From an uncultured bacterium (GTDB lineage: Bacteria; Cyanobacteriota; Vampirovibrionia; Gastranaerophilales; Gastranaerophilaceae): 64,000 nucleotides of DNA. The notes beneath the pieces were generated by a model, which searched no databases, was not told the DNA's origin, and saw nothing but the letters and a program-made list of their open reading frames with translations. The number at the start of each line of letters is the position of its first letter. Position 1 is the stretch's first letter. Of this stretch, positions 58,944 through 64,000 are shown one piece after another. The stretch lies in contig CACWIL010000001.1 in the NCBI GenBank assembly GCA_902760905.1, positions 2,186 through 66,185 on the forward strand, given 5' to 3'. Both the position numbers and the translations under genes were made by a program.

Positions 58944-61900
58944 CTATTTATCCCAGCAAACTTTTTTGCCGTCAATCTCTTCTAAAGCTCTAAAGTCATT
59001 TGCTTTATTGTCCCCAAAAGTTATACCAACACCGACTTTTTTTAGTTTTGGTGCAACTTTAAGTGCAGAACCGTCAAGATATAGTGACTGTGATACTTCT
59101 GAAACATTTTTAAATAAAATATCTTCGTTAATACCTAAATCATACAAAGAATAAGGTTTACCTTTAATAAAAGGAGTATAATTATTTAAGATGTATGAGC
59201 CGTCTTCTGCCCTGCTTACTTTTATTTCATGTGCGTAAGAATTATCGCCCAATTCATTGAATATATCTGCGGTTCTGCCTTCTTCCAGCATTTTTGCAAA
59301 TTCAACCTTTTGTCTGTCAAATTCGGGTTTTGCATTGAGTGCATCCTTAATAGCTTTTTCTCGTCCTGTAAAGTTATGTTCTTTATAGTATTTAGCAATT
59401 GGTACTATATAAGGAATCGGGACTGTTCCGTCTTGTTTGTATCTTCTTTGCATGTCGTGTATTTGACCGTTAGGATATACATTTATAGCAACCTGAGAAT
59501 CTCCTTTTGAATCTACAAAGAAGTGAATATCGCCGCTTTGCAAGTAACCGTGAGCGTTTTCAAATCTCAGACACCATGCAGACCCTTGCGCAAGTGATTG
59601 TACCATTGCAATATGTTCGTCATAGAGTGGTTCACCTTTTTTACTTTGAGGAATTTTTACCCAAGTACCTTCTATTCCGTCTTCGCTAACAGTCGGAGTT
59701 CCGTATTTTTCGATTGCTTTTTTCTTATTTAGTTCCGAATAAGCTTGTGTGAATGATACATCAGTATTACCTGCCAAAATCTCATTATATACGTGTTCAA
59801 AAACTTCTCTTGAGATAGCAGGAGGAGTATAAGCATTATCAGGCTTCATCTCTTTTGTTATTCCGTCAAGGAAAAGAATTTGAGCAAATACATCATCCTT
59901 AACTCCGCTTTCATCGGACTTGAGGAAGTCAACCCATTTTTCAAGACCTTCTTGTCTTGGTTTGTTGTAATCTGCATAATCTTTTGATACATATTCAGGG
60001 TGTTTATCCCAATTTGATATATCAGCAAGTTTTTCTTCCGCCCAGCGCTTGAACGCATCAGGATTTTGCCAGACTTCCGGTTGTACTTGGTCTTTAAATT
60101 TATTAAGAACTTGTCTTTCAGTGCCGACAATAGCATCAAGTGAACGAATTTCTGCAGTTCCCTGACCTTCTTTGAATTTGGCATCTTCAATTTTTTTGTC
60201 TGATGTCAGAGCTTTTTCTTTTATTGCATCAATGTCAATGCCGCGTTCAAGGAGTTTTGAACGTACCCCTTCCCTGCCTTCCCCATAATGGGCAGGAGCA
60301 GCTCCCTCCCTTAACGGGGAGGGTTGGGGTGGGGTATTATCATTTACCCACTCATCTATTCTTTTTGCTAAATCCTGTCTTGTTTCGCCTTTAAATCTGG
60401 CTTTCATCTCGATTAGGCTCATGTTTTTGACGGAAGCAAGGTTCATGGCAAACTTGATATCATCAACTCCGCATTCTTTCAGGGCGATTATGTCCTTTAT
60501 AACCTGCGGTCTGAATATTCCGTTTTGAGTCGACATTTTATCCCCCGTTGCCAGTTTAAAGATATCTGTTAAGTCTTTTGGTGTCAAATTAGGATTTATT
60601 GCCGTTTCACCTTTTTTGTTAACTCTTGTATAGAATCCATAGACTTTTATAAGAGCTTTAGCTGCATCAAGTTTCATTCTGTCAATGTTGCCGTTTGAGT
60701 CAACGCAGAGTTTTGCGAAAGCATTTTTTGCCATACCCTCAGGGACATTAAGCTCTACAAGCTCTCTTGTTATAGTTTCAAGAGCATCAACATCAGCTCT
60801 TACTTCAGCTTGAGCGTGTTCCATTTGTATTCTGCGGGCTTCTTCTTTCTTTGCCTGAATGTCCTGCGCATCTTTTACCTGTTTTGATTCAGTATATAGC
60901 TTCTTTTGAGTTCTGCCGAGATGCGTAAGCGTTTCTATATCCAATCCGTTATTGAGGTTTTCTTCCGTCCAATGTTTCATCTCATCTGAGGTTAAAAGCT
61001 TGTCGGCTTTATCAACATTACCTTTGCTATGCAGAGTATATGTAGCGAGTTTTACGATTGCCTGATTTGTCAAACCGCCTTCTTTACATATTCTTTCAAC
61101 AAATTCTTTGTTTTCTTTACCTACACTCCAAAGTATTTTATTTCCTTCTTCAACAGAAAATTTATCTGACTCAAGGAACATAAAATCAGCTATGTTTTGG
61201 TTATTTTCATTCAAATTCTGTAAAATCTGCGGTAGGACATCCTTTTTACCCATAAATTTAGGATGATGGAATGCTTTTTGGGCAAAACTTGAATTATTTT
61301 CGCCAATTCCACCTATCAACTCTCCAATCTTTTCAGGTTTTACAGCAGGGTCATTCCAGCATGTGAGTGCGCAGTCATATACAATTTTTGCGGTATCTAT
61401 GTCACGACTGCCTATCCATGCCAGTATTTGACTAATTCTAACATCAGCTTTTGAACCTCGTTCAATCATATCTTCAAGGACTTCTTTTTGAAATGGTCGG
61501 TTTTCTTGCTTTGCCAAAGTAGTGTATCTTCCGTACAAGAAACGAAGCTCTGAATCAATATCTTTGGGGTTATTTTTAGGGTTATTGATGAGTTGTTTTC
61601 TTATGTATTCAATTTCCGTCTGTTCAAAACCTTCATTTGCCGGCATAGTTTTGCAAATATTTTTAAAATCATTATCTGTTAGTTTGTCATTATGGAGTTT
61701 TATAATCTCAGTTATCAGATTATAGGAATAATCAGGCATTATGCAGATTTTTGTTGCAATTTCATTATCTATAATCTTAAAACGGTTAAATTTTACAAGT
61801 TCATTGTATCTTGCAGTAATTTTTTGAACGTTTATATCTTCTAATACCAGTAAACGGGACTTTGCTTCGCCACTAAGTTTTGCTAATAGTGGTTCGGGAA

Positions 61901-64000
61901 GTTCGGTTAATGCTTTCAGTTTTTTCGGGTCGAAAGATTTAACAGGGTTTCCGTACGATTGGTGATATTTGTTTATAAATTCCGCCATTGTTTCCGAACC
62001 CAATGTTTTTAGCTCTTTTTCAGATAAAGTATCAAGGTATTTAAATGGATTATCTTCTGTTAAGCTTCCGTCTTCGTTGAATATTTTGTCATTGTATTTG
62101 TCTGTCAAAATATTTTTTTCATCAACAAAATATTTTCTGACTTTTTCAGGAATAGAAGCAATACGTTTTCTAATCATGTTTATATCAGGTCTGAAAGCAG
62201 AATTGTCGTCAGTAATTCTGTGTGAATTAAGTTTGCTGATTTCTGCCTCCGTCAGATTATTCATAATATCAGAGAAACCTACGTTTTGAAGATTTTTAAT
62301 TAAATCTCCTCTGTTTTTGTATTTATTAGCAAAAGTTATAAAGTTTTTCAAACCCTGCTCACCGTATAAGCCAAGCATATATACATACTTGAATGAACCG
62401 TAGCTTTCAAAATTGTTGATAACTTCAGGTTCCAGCTGAGTCAGAGCATCCAAAATTTCTGTATCAGCAGGAATCCTGCCGACATAAATATAGTCAAGAA
62501 CCCTCATATCAAGTTTGTCAGCGTATTTATTAATTGCATCTATCCTTGCTTTTAGCTGTTCTGTCGGAATATCGTAAGCGTAATCAAATTTTTCATTAAA
62601 CCCGCCTTTGTAACAAAGTGCATCTTTTGAGTTTAGATATTCTCTGAACTTCGGATTAATCTCTTTATGAAGTTTAGCGTTTTCAATCCATAAATCCAGA
62701 TTAGCTTCATTCATAATCTGCGCAAAGTTTTTTTCATTTTGGGATTCAGTTTTCATGCGGTATTTGGCAAGTGCAAACGGTTCAGCGTTTTCTGCAAACT
62801 CCAAAACTTTATCTAAGTCTTTGAACTCTGTGTCACACAAAAAACTTTTTACATCAAAAGCATTTGTATAGTGGTTGTATCTGTCGTATAGTAAAGACGG
62901 ACTTTTTGCCAATATTTTTGCTCTTTTAACCAACTCGCCTGCGTAATCTTTTGCATCTCCTTCTTTATTATATCGGTGGAAATTGGCAAAAATTTTGTTG
63001 TAATCTCCATAGTAATTTTCCTGAAGAGCATTTATAGATTCAAGTATCTCATTAGGTAATGTATTCATAAAATCTGCAAATTTTTGGATGTTTTCAGCAC
63101 GATGTCCTTCTCGTACTAACCAGTGGAATTGATTGTAAGCGTATTTGCGTTTAGCGTCATCAGGAAATTTAGCTTCAAAATCTTCAAACCAATCCGCTTC
63201 AATTGTATTGCCGTTTCTAAGCATATTTGCAGCAGATGTATCATATTGTCTTGCTCTTTTATATGTTTCAATATTTTTCTTTATAATCTCAAAATTTGCA
63301 TCATTTTCCAGTCCGCCCTCTGTTCTTATATTAACGTAGTAAGCATTTTGACGCTGCCAATCCTGTTGTCTGTTAAACTCATTTATATAATCAAGTCTTT
63401 CAAAAAATTTGTCGCTGTGAGCCTGGAACATAAAGTCGCTAAAGCTTGTTCTGTCATAACAAATTGTTTCTTTGAGTTTAAAACCGAGTTCATAGAATGT
63501 ATCAATATTTTTATTAAATTCTTCGGGTTTAACATCGCCTAGTTTAATTAAATTTTCAAACTCAATACTCTTATTAAGAAGATTTTTTACTTTTTGACTT
63601 CCAACATCCCATGTAAAATCCTGTCCCCAATTCTCAGGTGCTCTATCCATCTCATGTTTAAAGCGTGCGTAGCTGTCAAGATTTGACTTAAAGCTTTGAA
63701 AATCTTTAATTTTTTCAAGATTTTCAGGCCGCAAAAACTCTTTTGCAAAAGACGAATTATTAGTTAAGTATTCCAGGGTTACAATAACTTCTGATATATC
63801 TTTAACACTAACATTGCCGTCTTTTATAAGTCTGTCTATTGAGTTTTGCAAATTTTCATAAACTTTTTTACCGCCAATAATGTTAAGCATTTGTTTGTTT
63901 AAACTTTTTTGTGTGGTTGCAATTATTGTTTCTTTACCGTCAGGCATTTTTTTGTATGTTGCAAACTTTTCTCCGTAAACATTATCGTATGAAAAATTAG
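58944..64000 (-). CDS. Very large hypothetical protein (over 1680 aa; start lies beyond the window)
   Basis: Frame stays open from 63947 to the window edge (NFSYDNVYGEKFATYKK-MPDG...). Confidence 0.85.
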   Translation of the reverse strand, partial: NFSYDNVYGEKFATYKKMPDGKETIIATTQKSLNKQMLNIIGGKKVYENLQNSIDRLIKDGNVSVKDISEVIVTLEYLTNNSSFAKEFLRPENLEKIKDFQSFKSNLDSYARFKHEMDRAPENWGQDFTWDVGSQKVKNLLNKSIEFENLIKLGDVKPEEFNKNIDTFYELGFKLKETICYDRTSFSDFMFQAHSDKFFERLDYINEFNRQQDWQRQNAYYVNIRTEGGLENDANFEIIKKNIETYKRARQYDTSAANMLRNGNTIEADWFEDFEAKFPDDAKRKYAYNQFHWLVREGHRAENIQKFADFMNTLPNEILESINALQENYYGDYNKIFANFHRYNKEGDAKDYAGELVKRAKILAKSPSLLYDRYNHYTNAFDVKSFLCDTEFKDLDKVLEFAENAEPFALAKYRMKTESQNEKNFAQIMNEANLDLWIENAKLHKEINPKFREYLNSKDALCYKGGFNEKFDYAYDIPTEQLKARIDAINKYADKLDMRVLDYIYVGRIPADTEILDALTQLEPEVINNFESYGSFKYVYMLGLYGEQGLKNFITFANKYKNRGDLIKNLQNVGFSDIMNNLTEAEISKLNSHRITDDNSAFRPDINMIRKRIASIPEKVRKYFVDEKNILTDKYNDKIFNEDGSLTEDNPFKYLDTLSEKELKTLGSETMAEFINKYHQSYGNPVKSFDPKKLKALTELPEPLLAKLSGEAKSRLLVLEDINVQKITARYNELVKFNRFKIIDNEIATKICIMPDYSYNLITEIIKLHNDKLTDNDFKNICKTMPANEGFEQTEIEYIRKQLINNPKNNPKDIDSELRFLYGRYTTLAKQENRPFQKEVLEDMIERGSKADVRISQILAWIGSRDIDTAKIVYDCALTCWNDPAVKPEKIGELIGGIGENNSSFAQKAFHHPKFMGKKDVLPQILQNLNENNQNIADFMFLESDKFSVEEGNKILWSVGKENKEFVERICKEGGLTNQAIVKLATYTLHSKGNVDKADKLLTSDEMKHWTEENLNNGLDIETLTHLGRTQKKLYTESKQVKDAQDIQAKKEEARRIQMEHAQAEVRADVDALETITRELVELNVPEGMAKNAFAKLCVDSNGNIDRMKLDAAKALIKVYGFYTRVNKKGETAINPNLTPKDLTDIFKLATGDKMSTQNGIFRPQVIKDIIALKECGVDDIKFAMNLASVKNMSLIEMKARFKGETRQDLAKRIDEWVNDNTPPQPSPLREGAAPAHYGEGREGVRSKLLERGIDIDAIKEKALTSDKKIEDAKFKEGQGTAEIRSLDAIVGTERQVLNKFKDQVQPEVWQNPDAFKRWAEEKLADISNWDKHPEYVSKDYADYNKPRQEGLEKWVDFLKSDESGVKDDVFAQILFLDGITKEMKPDNAYTPPAISREVFEHVYNEILAGNTDVSFTQAYSELNKKKAIEKYGTPTVSEDGIEGTWVKIPQSKKGEPLYDEHIAMVQSLAQGSAWCLRFENAHGYLQSGDIHFFVDSKGDSQVAINVYPNGQIHDMQRRYKQDGTVPIPYIVPIAKYYKEHNFTGREKAIKDALNAKPEFDRQKVEFAKMLEEGRTADIFNELGDNSYAHEIKVSRAEDGSYILNNYTPFIKGKPYSLYDLGINEDILFKNVSEVSQSLYLDGSALKVAPKLKKVGVGITFGDNKANDFRALEEIDGKKVCWDK
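60266..60334. repeat. Inverted doublet of the C/G-rich repeat in frame within the large ORF
   Basis: CCCCTTCCCTGCCTTCCCCATAATGGGCAGGAG (+) and CCCCACCCCAACCCTCCCCGTTAAGGGAGGGAG (-); encodes PPQPSPLREGAAPAHYGEGREG. Confidence 0.85.

Overview
AT-rich bacterial chromosomal segment, most consistent with a gut Melainabacterium (Vampirovibrionia/Gastranaerophilales). That assignment is inferred from cyanobacteria-like L34, FtsZ, YvcK and an RpaA-like regulator occurring together with fermentative/anaerobic genes (PFL, NrdG), diderm envelope genes and flagellar export genes. Most of the window is housekeeping: fliFGHI, proC, rpmH, tsaBE, dnaK, ftsZ, prmA, prs, dnaN, rnhB, nadA, mnmA, anmK, recA. No tRNA, rRNA, CRISPR, integrase or transposase was seen. 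Main observations beyond the ORF track: (1) a stand-alone 97-aa GIY-YIG nuclease embedded in an array of modular palindromic units (GTCATWCTGAR-variable insert-YGAAGWATCYC). More than 20 units occur at four loci, with compensatory base changes, a chimeric unit, a shared 30-bp flanking motif and an inverted 108-bp copy bracketing a pilin-containing segment; this is a candidate nuclease-associated REP-like system. (2) An unannotated, structurally complete candidate type I toxin-antitoxin locus at 50.3-50.6 kb. (3) A second palindromic repeat family inserted in frame into two proteins. (4) A split pyruvate formate-lyase downstream of a Fur/PerR gene with a near-perfect Fur box. (5) A degenerate PurN/PurD pair. 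(6) A sigma28-type promoter driving a 46-aa ORF, an HLR1-like site, and a candidate sRNA sharing a motif with the nrdG leader. All calls are by eye; no searches were run.
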